From Candidatus Bipolaricaulota bacterium (GTDB lineage Bacteria; Bipolaricaulota; Bipolaricaulia; UBA7950; UBA9294), in contig JANQGM010000006.1 of assembly GCA_028277345.1 (NCBI GenBank), forward strand, positions 110,535 through 174,534: a DNA stretch of 64,000 nt. Direction: 5' to 3'. The stretch's first letter is position 1, and each line of letters begins with the position of its first letter. The notes beneath the pieces are model-generated. The model saw only the letters and a list, made by a program, of their open reading frames with translations, searched no databases and was not told the DNA's origin. A program made the translations under genes and the position numbers. Below, piece after piece: positions 9,571 to 17,388 of this stretch.

Positions 9571-10341
9571 ATGGAAACGAGATACTTCTTCAGTGACATG
9601 AGCATAATGTTGGGGCGTTCCATGCGGCATATCTTTCGCAGTATGGACACTATCTTCACGGTCGCTATCACGCCGCTCGCGCTGATGCTCTTGTTCGTTT
9701 ACGTGTTCGGCGGTGCGATTCAGTCAGGGGTGGATAATTACGTGAACTATCTGCTACCAGGTATCCTTCTCATTACCATTGCCAGCGGCATCGCATATAC
9801 GGCGTATAGGCTGTTTCAAGATGTGCAAAGGGGGATATTCGAACGGTTCCATTCCATGCCAATCGCTCACTCAGCCGTTCTGTGGGGACATGTTCTGACA
9901 TCACTGGTTTCGAATGCGATTTCGATTGTTCTTATCTTGCTTGTCGCGCTGTTGATGGGGTTCCGTTCGCCTGCCGGTGTATTGTCATGGCTTGCCGTGA
10001 TCGGAATACTCGCACTTTTTACCTTGACACTGACCTGGATTGCCACTATCGCTGGACTATCGGCAAAAACCATTGACGGAGCGAGCGCATTTTCGTATCC
10101 GCTTATACTTCTCCCCTTTATCAGCTCGGCCTTCGTACCGACAGATACGATGCCTACCATTGTTCGGGTTTTCGCAGAACATCAACCGGTAACTTCGATC
10201 GCAGACGCTATACGTGCGCTGCTGTCGAACCAGCCAGTCGGGAACAACCTCTGGATTGCCGTCGCGTGGTGTGCCGGAATCATGGCTGTAGCGTATGTCT
10301 TTGCCATGAGGGCGTATAAACGTCGAGTACTAGGCCGTTGA
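9571..10341 (+). CDS. ABC-2 type transporter permease
   Basis: Six hydrophobic segments. Abuts the ATPase gene (stop 9570, ATG 9571). Confidence 0.85.
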   Translation: METRYFFSDMSIMLGRSMRHIFRSMDTIFTVAITPLALMLLFVYVFGGAIQSGVDNYVNYLLPGILLITIASGIAYTAYRLFQDVQRGIFERFHSMPIAHSAVLWGHVLTSLVSNAISIVLILLVALLMGFRSPAGVLSWLAVIGILALFTLTLTWIATIAGLSAKTIDGASAFSYPLILLPFISSAFVPTDTMPTIVRVFAEHQPVTSIADAIRALLSNQPVGNNLWIAVAWCAGIMAVAYVFAMRAYKRRVLGR

Positions 10342-10738
10342 TCAGTCTTATGCCAGAGATATGCTCAGAATCGTTCATTCAGTTCTAAGCTTGCGTTTAT
10401 TCGAGAATAGTAACCCGCATAGCATCGTTACACTTCCAGTGCCCTTCAAATTGCTGACGATATCCGTGTGAAGTTGATCGCCGTACACCCCATCGAGAAC
10501 TCGATGGCACATCAATCGAGACCTAAATCTAGGCAGTCAACCTATGATTAGTGTGCAAACTTCCGGGATAGCACAAAAGTGCTCTCCTCTCTGATTTCCT
10601 GCAACTTAACCGCCATCATCTTGGCTTGTCGTTGCCAAGTTACACCATTCCGCAACCGATCAGCTGATGATAGCCCTCGCAAAGGAGACATAATTGTCGA
10701 GTGAATCGTTTCCGCCGCCGTTCAACTGCAGCCGCTGG

Positions 10739-10975
10739 CTAGGTCGCACTTTCGTCAGTGGACTGTACATCGCGGTACTCAACCCTGACAGTCAAATGAG
10801 GTTTGATGCCGGATAGCGCAGGCAAAAGGTGGTTCAGCACCTGCTCAGCAGTCGCTCGAAATTCGCGTCCTTGGGTGCTGACTTTAACCCAGCCCTGGCC
10901 GTCACGGTAATACCGCTCCGTGGCGTTTGCTGTATCAATCAGGATGACGTAGCTGTCATTGGTAAGCTTCATCAC
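10739..10975 (-). CDS. hypothetical small protein (cassette-like ORF)
   Basis: 78-aa ORF. GTTAGGA lies 7 nt upstream of its ATG, and the stop is embedded in CCTAGC. No recognisable family. Confidence 0.45.
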   Translation of the reverse strand: MMKLTNDSYVILIDTANATERYYRDGQGWVKVSTQGREFRATAEQVLNHLLPALSGIKPHLTVRVEYRDVQSTDESAT

Positions 10976-10982
10976 GATTGCA

Positions 10983-11053
10983 TCCTAACGCTTGAGTTCA
11001 GCGGCGACAAAGCCGCGTAGCGAGTTTGCCGTCCGACTGCACGATTTGCTAGG
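10983..11053 (-). other. candidate attC-like recombination site
   Basis: Minus strand GCCTAGCAAATCGTGCAGTCGGACGGCAAA-loop-TTTGTCGCCGCTGAACTCAAGCGTTAGGA. An imperfect palindrome with bulges, ends resembling R'' (CCTAGC) and R' (GTTAGG). It sits exactly between two minus-strand ORFs. Confidence 0.35.
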
Positions 11054-11405
11054 CATCAGTATGCTTGATGTTGGTTGTGCCGCCGAACGATAGTTTGTTT
11101 CCATCTGGGTCAAGATAAGTTACCTTGCATATTTCATTCGGGAAAAACTCTCGGCTACCAACCTCCAAGCCGCGCTGCGCAATAGCCTCTATCGTTGATT
11201 CCAGAGATTCGACCATCTGCATGAGAATTGCGTGTCCAGCGTGTTCTGGAGCCAATACGATGTATACATACTGATGATCAGCGAGCTTCCACACTGCTTC
11301 CGTTTCATGCGGGGAAAAATCCGGTTTCCTCCCGAATATAAGCTCATACCAGCCAAGAGATCTCTGGAAGTCAGTGACTGGCACACCAGAGAAGAGATCG
11401 CTCAT
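11049..11405 (-). CDS. VOC / glyoxalase-bleomycin resistance family protein
   Basis: 118 aa, VTDFQRSLGWYELIFG...VTYLDPDGNKLSF. GTTAGGC lies 7 nt upstream of the ATG. Confidence 0.8.
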   Translation of the reverse strand: MSDLFSGVPVTDFQRSLGWYELIFGRKPDFSPHETEAVWKLADHQYVYIVLAPEHAGHAILMQMVESLESTIEAIAQRGLEVGSREFFPNEICKVTYLDPDGNKLSFGGTTNIKHTDA

Positions 11406-11549
11406 CTTTGATGCCTAACCATGAATAGTGTGCAGACATACGGTAACGAGCTAGAAAATTCCATCTCTGATTTTCTATGAATAGAACGCGACACCTTTAA
11501 TTCCCCCCTCTGTATTGGCGTTGATATTCTCGCATGCCATGCTCCTATC

Positions 11550-11745
11550 ATGATACTTCTCGATCAAGTTTACTCCGCATTCTCCACTAAGCACTACTCC
11601 CCACGGGCGGAGGATGCGTATGTGCAATGGATTGATAGATCTTTGCAGTTCCACCCACAAGCAAGAAGGGATGGATTCTTCCTCGTGACATAACGGCAGA
11701 GCACGTGAAGTCGTTTCTCACAGACCTTGCTGTCCATCGCCACTC
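11550..11745 (+). pseudogene. truncated, frameshifted integron-type tyrosine recombinase (N-terminal SAM-like domain only)
   Basis: Own translation: MILLDQVYSAFSTKHYSPRAEDAYVQWIDRSLQFH, stop at 11691. A shifted frame then gives ILPRDITAEHVKSFLTDLAVHR. Compare IntI-type ...[33 protein letters not shown]...EVEAFLSWLANERKVS. The catalytic domain is absent; the sequence is cut where the amidohydrolase gene ends. Confidence 0.6.
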
Positions 11746-11749
11746 CTGG

Positions 11750-12541
11750 TCATGTCTCCATTGGAAGCGATGTTCGTGTGTGCTCGCGCAAGAATCGCAA
11801 CGGATTCTCCCACGCAATCCTGCTGAGATCAGTTTCGCTGAATCCCAAAGATTGGAAAGCCATGAGCGCATCGTCAAACGAGAACTCAGGATAGTCGCTT
11901 CCCCACAGAAGCCGATCCTCAGGGACTAGATCGAGAAGCCACTTGAAGTGAGGCGCATAGGTGCTATTCGCGAACACGTTCTGTGTGGCCGAGGTATCGA
12001 AGTAGAGATTGTCAGGGATGCCATGCTTGAGCCAAACGGAAAGCTGCAGAAACTGAGGGCCTCCCGAGTGAACCATGACGACGGGAAGTTCGACCTCGTG
12101 TGCGAAAAGCGCAGTCTGGAGCGGAATGCCAAGATCGGAGTCCGTGACCGGACTCGAATGCACTTGAATGATCCATGGCTTGCTCTTGATACGCTCGATC
12201 ACAGGACCGATCACAGAACGATAGTCCGATCCAACGAAGCTGTTCGGATAGATCTTGATCCCGATGATGTTCGGGTTATCCCCGAACTGCTCAATGTCCT
12301 CTATCCCTTCCGCGAGATTCTGACCATAGACATGAAGCAGGCCCTTAAACCGGCTATCGTGCTCGGTGACGGCGCGATCGAGTGTTTCAGCAGGCAGGCC
12401 GTGCGCGACGATGCCAAGTTCGATTCCCGACTGATCCATCAAGCCCAGGGTTGTGCTCACATGCTTCCGGAATTCATCACTCCAGGAATCGTCGACCCCA
12501 TCCTTCGAGAGGTGCATATGACTATCGATCATGCGCTTCAC
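11750..12541 (-). CDS. amidohydrolase-2 family metal-dependent (TIM barrel) hydrolase
   Basis: N-terminal MIDSHMHL metal-binding motif, internal VHSS/VMVHSGG, C-terminal LLWGSDYP. Confidence 0.8.
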   Translation of the reverse strand: MKRMIDSHMHLSKDGVDDSWSDEFRKHVSTTLGLMDQSGIELGIVAHGLPAETLDRAVTEHDSRFKGLLHVYGQNLAEGIEDIEQFGDNPNIIGIKIYPNSFVGSDYRSVIGPVIERIKSKPWIIQVHSSPVTDSDLGIPLQTALFAHEVELPVVMVHSGGPQFLQLSVWLKHGIPDNLYFDTSATQNVFANSTYAPHFKWLLDLVPEDRLLWGSDYPEFSFDDALMAFQSLGFSETDLSRIAWENPLRFLREHTRTSLPMET

Positions 12542-12563
12542 TCCACGCCACCTCCCATTGCGC

Positions 12564-12926
12564 TCATTCCGAAGCTTCGTCAGTTCTCCAAGATCGATCG
12601 AGATTCTTCTCCATCTTGGTCAGATAAGCACTCTGCAGATCGACCTCAGCATAGTTCGCAAGCTTGAGGATGTAGGCAAGGCAATCGGCGAGTTCCTCGC
12701 CGACATGCGCTCTGGCACGCTCAATGTCGTTGGATTCAGACGCTCGTTTCAGTGCACGCGCCGCCTGGACCACCTCACCAACCTCTTCCGTGAGATATGC
12801 GATATTTCTGAACAGATCTGTGTCAAACTCTTTCTCGGAATCGAGCTCTTCGTGGAATGCCTGCAGATCTCGTAAACGTTCGGTATCTACCAATCTTGCA
12901 TTCAATCCCCAATACACCTCGTACAT
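12564..12926 (-). CDS. MazG-like nucleotide pyrophosphohydrolase domain protein
   Basis: LTEEVGEVVQAARAL...VGEELADCLAYILKLAN (EExxE / EExxD metal-binding helices). Paralogue of 15365..15736. Confidence 0.75.
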   Translation of the reverse strand: MYEVYWGLNARLVDTERLRDLQAFHEELDSEKEFDTDLFRNIAYLTEEVGEVVQAARALKRASESNDIERARAHVGEELADCLAYILKLANYAEVDLQSAYLTKMEKNLDRSWRTDEASE

Positions 12927-13036
12927 TCGAAAGTTCTTTGCTGCCGAGTAGAGCTAGCTGATCAACTGCGGCCAGTGCTTTGGCGGCTTCATCACAAACC
13001 TACTTCTAAACAAGCAGTCAGTCTTTGGTGAACCAA

Positions 13037-13450
13037 CTACCAAACGTGCTTGCACACCTTGCATCTGCGATCTTTGTAAAGCAAGAGCCAAAGGGGATTA
13101 GCCGTTAGAAGGCACAACAAGACAATCACACTACGGAACAGAGTATTTCGATTGATCTCCTGAGATTGACAGGCTGGGCACTGAGATTCAATGTGCTCCC
13201 GATATCGCATTTGCTTTTCGTAATACCCATCGAGAACCCTCTTCGCATGCTCGTAATCAGAGCTGTCAACTAGGAGCTTCACACCCCCTATCGCGGGTGA
13301 GTAGAGAGGTTGAATGGCTACAGTATGTTCATCAACCAACTCAGAATGGATGTTCTCGCCTTCAAGATACAGTTTCGCTAATCGCGCGTCTATCGGCTCT
13401 CTAAAAGCCCCTGCTATGATTTGATTCTTCTGAATAGCCATATCCATCAA
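13037..13450 (-). CDS. DUF2007-like protein with C-terminal CxxC...CxxC and a TM segment
   Basis: N-terminal half resembles the putative signal-transducing DUF2007 fold (ARLAKLYLEGENI...VDSSDYEHAKRVL). Then CPACQS, a hydrophobic helix, and CKVCKH. Confidence 0.55.
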   Translation of the reverse strand: MMDMAIQKNQIIAGAFREPIDARLAKLYLEGENIHSELVDEHTVAIQPLYSPAIGGVKLLVDSSDYEHAKRVLDGYYEKQMRYREHIESQCPACQSQEINRNTLFRSVIVLLCLLTANPLWLLLYKDRRCKVCKHVW

Positions 13451-13675
13451 CTGTCGTTGCCCTTGACCCTCTTTTTTTGCAATGCTCCGCCTTTACAATC
13501 CTTTTCTCATATATTAGCATAAATGCCCGAACACCGCCGGATTCAGACACACCTAACACTCACCGACGAATCCACAACCATTGTGTGGAGCGCCCGTGCA
13601 GTAGCTCGTGCAGACAAGGTGGGGATTCAACCTGAATCCAAGCAGGCTAACTATTCACAGATCTGCAGATGAAGT

Positions 13676-13845
13676 GTCATTGGCTTTCACGCGACGCATA
13701 GTTGCAATCCGCGCGGCTGAAGGAGGGATATGCGCAAACGACACATGGTTCTGGGGGCAAGTGGGCCGATCGCCGCCTACAAGGCGGTCGAGGCGGCGAC
13801 CAAGCTCGTTGGCGAAGCCTCGTTCCGAGACATCCCAGATTTGTC
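13676..13845 (+). pseudogene. displaced copy A of the coaBC promoter plus 5' coding end
   Basis: TTGGCT(13680)-17-TGCAAT(13703), GAAGGAG, ATG 13730. Translates MRKRHMVLGASGPIAAYKAV/EAATKLVGEASFR with a 54-bp internal deletion relative to 18688..., then a stop. Confidence 0.7.
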
Positions 13846-14017
13846 CTATCGGTATGTGTACGCCCCCAAGTAGTCGCCGAGCGCGCTGGCAACGTCCCCG
13901 CCAACCGTCATCCTTGCTCTGCCTTGGGTGGCCACTTTGCCGCACGGAGGTTCTGCGGTTGCGCCGCGAGATAGGTCTTCCTATAGTGGTTGGCCGATAG
14001 ACGGAGGAACCAGGAGT

Positions 14018-15181
14018 ATGGCGCAAAAACGCATCACTTCAATCGATATCATGAGAGGCCAGATGATTGCGTTCATGGCTCTCGACCACGCCGGGGTGTT
14101 TCTATTTCGCGGTCTGCACGACACATCGGAAGCCTGGGATATAGCGGTTCGGGTTCACCCTTCATTCGTTTCGTTTCTAACGCGCAACCTCTCGCACCTC
14201 TCGGCTCCAGGGTTCGCGTTGCTACTTGGAGTATCCTTCGCGATGTTCGCGAGATCACGCAAAAGCCGTGGCTGGAGCGATGTCCGGATCGCCCGTTTCT
14301 ACGCAACTCGCGGTCTCCTGCTCATCGCCATCGAGCAACTCGTGGTGAATCCGGCATGGCTGCTGCAATTCCTTCCGCGAACGCCCGACTGGACGTTGGC
14401 TTCGTCAGCCGCATCGGACGTATCCGGCGTATTCCTCGCGTTCGGAATCCTCTCTACCCTTGGCATAGCCATGGTGCTCTGGTCGTTCTGCCGAAGTCTG
14501 GCATCGTGGGCAGTCGCCATCCTTTCGGCAGCGGCGATATTGACGACATCGATTTTCATCCCGGCGATTGATCAGGCTGGAACGACGTTTCATCCGCTCT
14601 ACACGCTTTTTGTATTGAACGGAATATCGCCGCCTCTCTCGGCGAGCTTCCCGATTCTCCCGTGGTTTGGAGTGGTCGGTCTCGGAATCCTCCTCGGTCG
14701 ATGGATGCTCAAGGAAACATCGAATCATCCGCGTGGATTTCTTCTAGCTGGCCTCGTTTCGCTGTCGCTATTCGTCGTGATCCGATCGATAGGTGGATTC
14801 GGTAACATTCACCCGCCGTCGGGCGGATTCTACGCATTCTTCGCACTCACCAAGTATCCGCCAAGCCTGGTGTTTCTACTGCTCTACCTTGGACTCAACT
14901 TGATCGTACTCGCCGGCTTGAGCTATGCGTTTGACCAACGCCGAACCGGCGGAGGCATTCTCAAGAGCTTCGGCTCATCGTCGCTCTTCTTCTACGTTGT
15001 TCATCTTTATGTCTATGGCATCCTGGGAATCGTGGTGTGGGTCGTCACCCCGTTCCCGCGCGGACTCATCTGGGTCTATCCATTCTGGTTTCTCGGCCTG
15101 GCGCCACTCTACTTCGCCTGTCGCGGCTACCGTAGCTTCAAAGAGTCGCGAAGCCCTAACTCTATCTGGCGAATGTTGTAG
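14018..15181 (+). CDS. DUF1624 / heparan-alpha-glucosaminide N-acetyltransferase-like membrane acyltransferase
   Basis: RITSIDIMRGQMIAFMALDHAGVF N-terminal signature, followed by about 10 hydrophobic segments. Start moved to ATG 14018 (GGAGGAACCAGGAG upstream). Confidence 0.75.
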   Translation: MAQKRITSIDIMRGQMIAFMALDHAGVFLFRGLHDTSEAWDIAVRVHPSFVSFLTRNLSHLSAPGFALLLGVSFAMFARSRKSRGWSDVRIARFYATRGLLLIAIEQLVVNPAWLLQFLPRTPDWTLASSAASDVSGVFLAFGILSTLGIAMVLWSFCRSLASWAVAILSAAAILTTSIFIPAIDQAGTTFHPLYTLFVLNGISPPLSASFPILPWFGVVGLGILLGRWMLKETSNHPRGFLLAGLVSLSLFVVIRSIGGFGNIHPPSGGFYAFFALTKYPPSLVFLLLYLGLNLIVLAGLSYAFDQRRTGGGILKSFGSSSLFFYVVHLYVYGILGIVVWVVTPFPRGLIWVYPFWFLGLAPLYFACRGYRSFKESRSPNSIWRML

Positions 15182-15364
15182 CCCGCTGGATGATCCCACG
15201 GTAGATTGGCCCGGATAAAGCTCTCCCTTTCGACTGCCTACAGTACTGTCCCCACCGACCAAGGCGTCTGAATCGGGATTCCGCAAAAAGCGCAGCCGCT
15301 GCCTTGTCGAGCAATGGCCATTCGCTTCGTCTCTGCTGAGAAGTCGCCGCGCCTGCTCATGTCG

Positions 15365-15736
15365 CTATCTCCACGATCGATCGATGTTCTGCTTCATCTT
15401 CGACAGATAGGCTCTCTGAAGATCGACTTCGGCATAGTTCGCGAGCTTGAGAATGTAAGCGAGGCAGTCGGCAAGCTCTTCACCAACATGTGCCCTGGCA
15501 CACTCAATGTCGTTGGATTCGGACGCTCGTTTCAGTGCACGCGCCGCATGGACCACTTCGCCAATTTCTTCTGCCAGATACGCGATGTTCCGAAACAGAT
15601 CGGTGTCGAATTGCTTCTCGGAATCGAGTTTCTCATGGAAAACCTGGAGGTTACGAATGCATGGATTCTCTTTTGGCAGTCTCTTCACTCTCACATACCC
15701 TCCTGCGTCAAGTTCTAGCCATGTCTCTGGGAACAA
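15365..15736 (-). CDS. MazG-like nucleotide pyrophosphohydrolase domain protein
   Basis: LAEEIGEVVHAARAL...VGEELADCLAYILKLAN. About 85 percent identical by eye to 12564..12926. Confidence 0.75.
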   Translation of the reverse strand: MFPETWLELDAGGYVRVKRLPKENPCIRNLQVFHEKLDSEKQFDTDLFRNIAYLAEEIGEVVHAARALKRASESNDIECARAHVGEELADCLAYILKLANYAEVDLQRAYLSKMKQNIDRSWR

Positions 15737-15841
15737 CCTGACGTATCCCAGTCATCACCCGATCCTAGGTCCCGCCACTCACGCACAGGCGGATTTGAGG
15801 GATATGCTCCCGGAATCCCCACCGAACTCCACCAAGAGCCT

Positions 15842-16735
15842 CTACTCATTGTCGTTACCTTCTTCATATTCGATATCCAACAGCGAACTAGGAAGATCGA
15901 TGGGGAGAGACTTCGGGGAGGGAGGCAGTTCGACGCGCAAAATCCGTGCAATGCCTTTCCTAATGGCCTTGGCGAGCATGTCAGCATGAAGGCGAAATTT
16001 CCTCAAGTCAGCAGCATCCAAATCACTACGTGCATGTGCGAGGTCAATCCGGCTTTCGTAGACCTCTTCGGCACTGGCCCTGTCATAGCCTAGGATATCG
16101 CTTAATAAGTGAGTGACACGCTCTCTCAATCCGGGCCCAATTTTCTCTTCCCAACCGCAATTCTTGCATATGCGCACCCTCCCAGGGGCCCCGGTTTCTA
16201 TGCCGGCTAGTAAATCGAGCGCATTGTTGAAGGCAATCAATCGATCGATGCCATCGTCAGAACTCAGACCTCTCGCCCACCACCTGATCACACGCATGGT
16301 TTTCGCGTCGACATCAAGTGAGAGCCATTTGGCAGAAAGTTGAGCAGAGTCAACAACACCCTTAGCTTTCATCGCACCAGCAATAAAGCGATATTTCGGA
16401 GGCGAATCAGCGATTCGTCGCTTTAAACTGACCCCTCCGCGAACCCGTACTGGCCAACCTAAACTGAGCGTGGCAAGAGCGACAATCTTGTCAACAAGGT
16501 CCTTACCGCGTTCGTAGATCAAGTGTGGTTCTAGAGGTCCATCCGTGTTGTTGTCTATCGATATCACTGCTTCGAGTTTGTGAACTCCTGTCCACTCTGA
16601 GCTAGGCCCAAACTCGGGAGAGATCTCAAGACGCCGTACTCCCTCAACAGGCGGTGACGTAGAATCGAGTTGCTCGTCGACGATGAAAAACTCCCCCTGC
16701 AACTTTGCATGCACAATCCACTCCTCTGTTGACAC
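15842..16735 (-). CDS. hypothetical protein, 297 aa, with CxxC and an Rx4H (HEPN-like) motif
   Basis: Long ORF with coding-like composition. RICKNCGWEE, then ESRIDLAHARSD in a helical C-terminal part. No family recognised. Confidence 0.6.
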   Translation of the reverse strand: MSTEEWIVHAKLQGEFFIVDEQLDSTSPPVEGVRRLEISPEFGPSSEWTGVHKLEAVISIDNNTDGPLEPHLIYERGKDLVDKIVALATLSLGWPVRVRGGVSLKRRIADSPPKYRFIAGAMKAKGVVDSAQLSAKWLSLDVDAKTMRVIRWWARGLSSDDGIDRLIAFNNALDLLAGIETGAPGRVRICKNCGWEEKIGPGLRERVTHLLSDILGYDRASAEEVYESRIDLAHARSDLDAADLRKFRLHADMLAKAIRKGIARILRVELPPSPKSLPIDLPSSLLDIEYEEGNDNE

Positions 16736-17035
16736 ATCTCCTCCCCTACACTTATTTGGGCCAATTGCTCAGCTGTGGACTGTTCCATCCTATGGATTAT
16801 CCGTTCTGTCCGCAATCCGATCCATCTTCAGCCCTCACTCGCTGTGGAAAGTAGATCTCGCGATACTCGAAGGGATTCAGTCGCACAACAGAGATCAGGC
16901 TTTGAACCATACGGCGCAAACACATCCTGAGCCCCAAACTAGAGGTTTCCACGCGCATATCCACAACCTGAGCGTCAGGTGAATAGGTCTGCGCGATGTC
17001 TCAAATCGCTTGTACGAAATCGCGGTGCATTGGCT

Positions 17036-17159
17036 TCAGATCCTTCCCCCGATACAATCCGCGCGGCTGAAGGAGAGACACGCACGAACGTCACGTAGTT
17101 CTGGGAGTGAGTGGGGCGGTCGCCGCTTACAAGGCAGTGAATTTGGCCAGCAAGCTGAC
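17036..17159 (+). pseudogene. displaced copy B of the coaBC promoter plus 5' coding end
   Basis: TTGGCT(17040)-17-TACAAT(17063), GAAGGAGAGAC. The start codon is mutated to ACG. Matches coaBC to ...AAYKAVNLASKLT, then diverges at 17160. Confidence 0.7.
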
Positions 17160-17314
17160 AGTCGGTTCAGAAGACATGCGATCTTTATAGGCAATCCATC
17201 CCACACAGATAATCAGCTGGGGAAACCTGACTGACAGTCATGACACCATTCCTCTCTCGCAGTCATGTGGCTAGCGCTTCTCAGACCAGTGCATCATCGT
17301 GAAATTCCCAACAA

Positions 17315-17343
17315 TTGACTTGTTCGAGAGATTCTTGTAAATT
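17315..17343 (+). promoter_or_regulatory. putative promoter of the second DUF4143 ATPase
   Basis: TTGACT-17 nt-TAAATT in an AT-rich stretch, 45 nt upstream of ATG 17389. Confidence 0.3.
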
Positions 17344-17388
17344 AAATATTGAATGTTGAATTTACGCGACCGACAAGGAGGAACCAAT

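Noticed and set aside
13608-14026. ORFs 13608..14000(+), 13702..13974(+), 13655..14026(-) and the N-terminal extension 13928..14017 of the DUF1624 gene.
   Set aside because: They run across the decayed coaBC promoter/5' copy in wrong frames. The DUF1624 signature starts right after ATG 14018, which has a good RBS.
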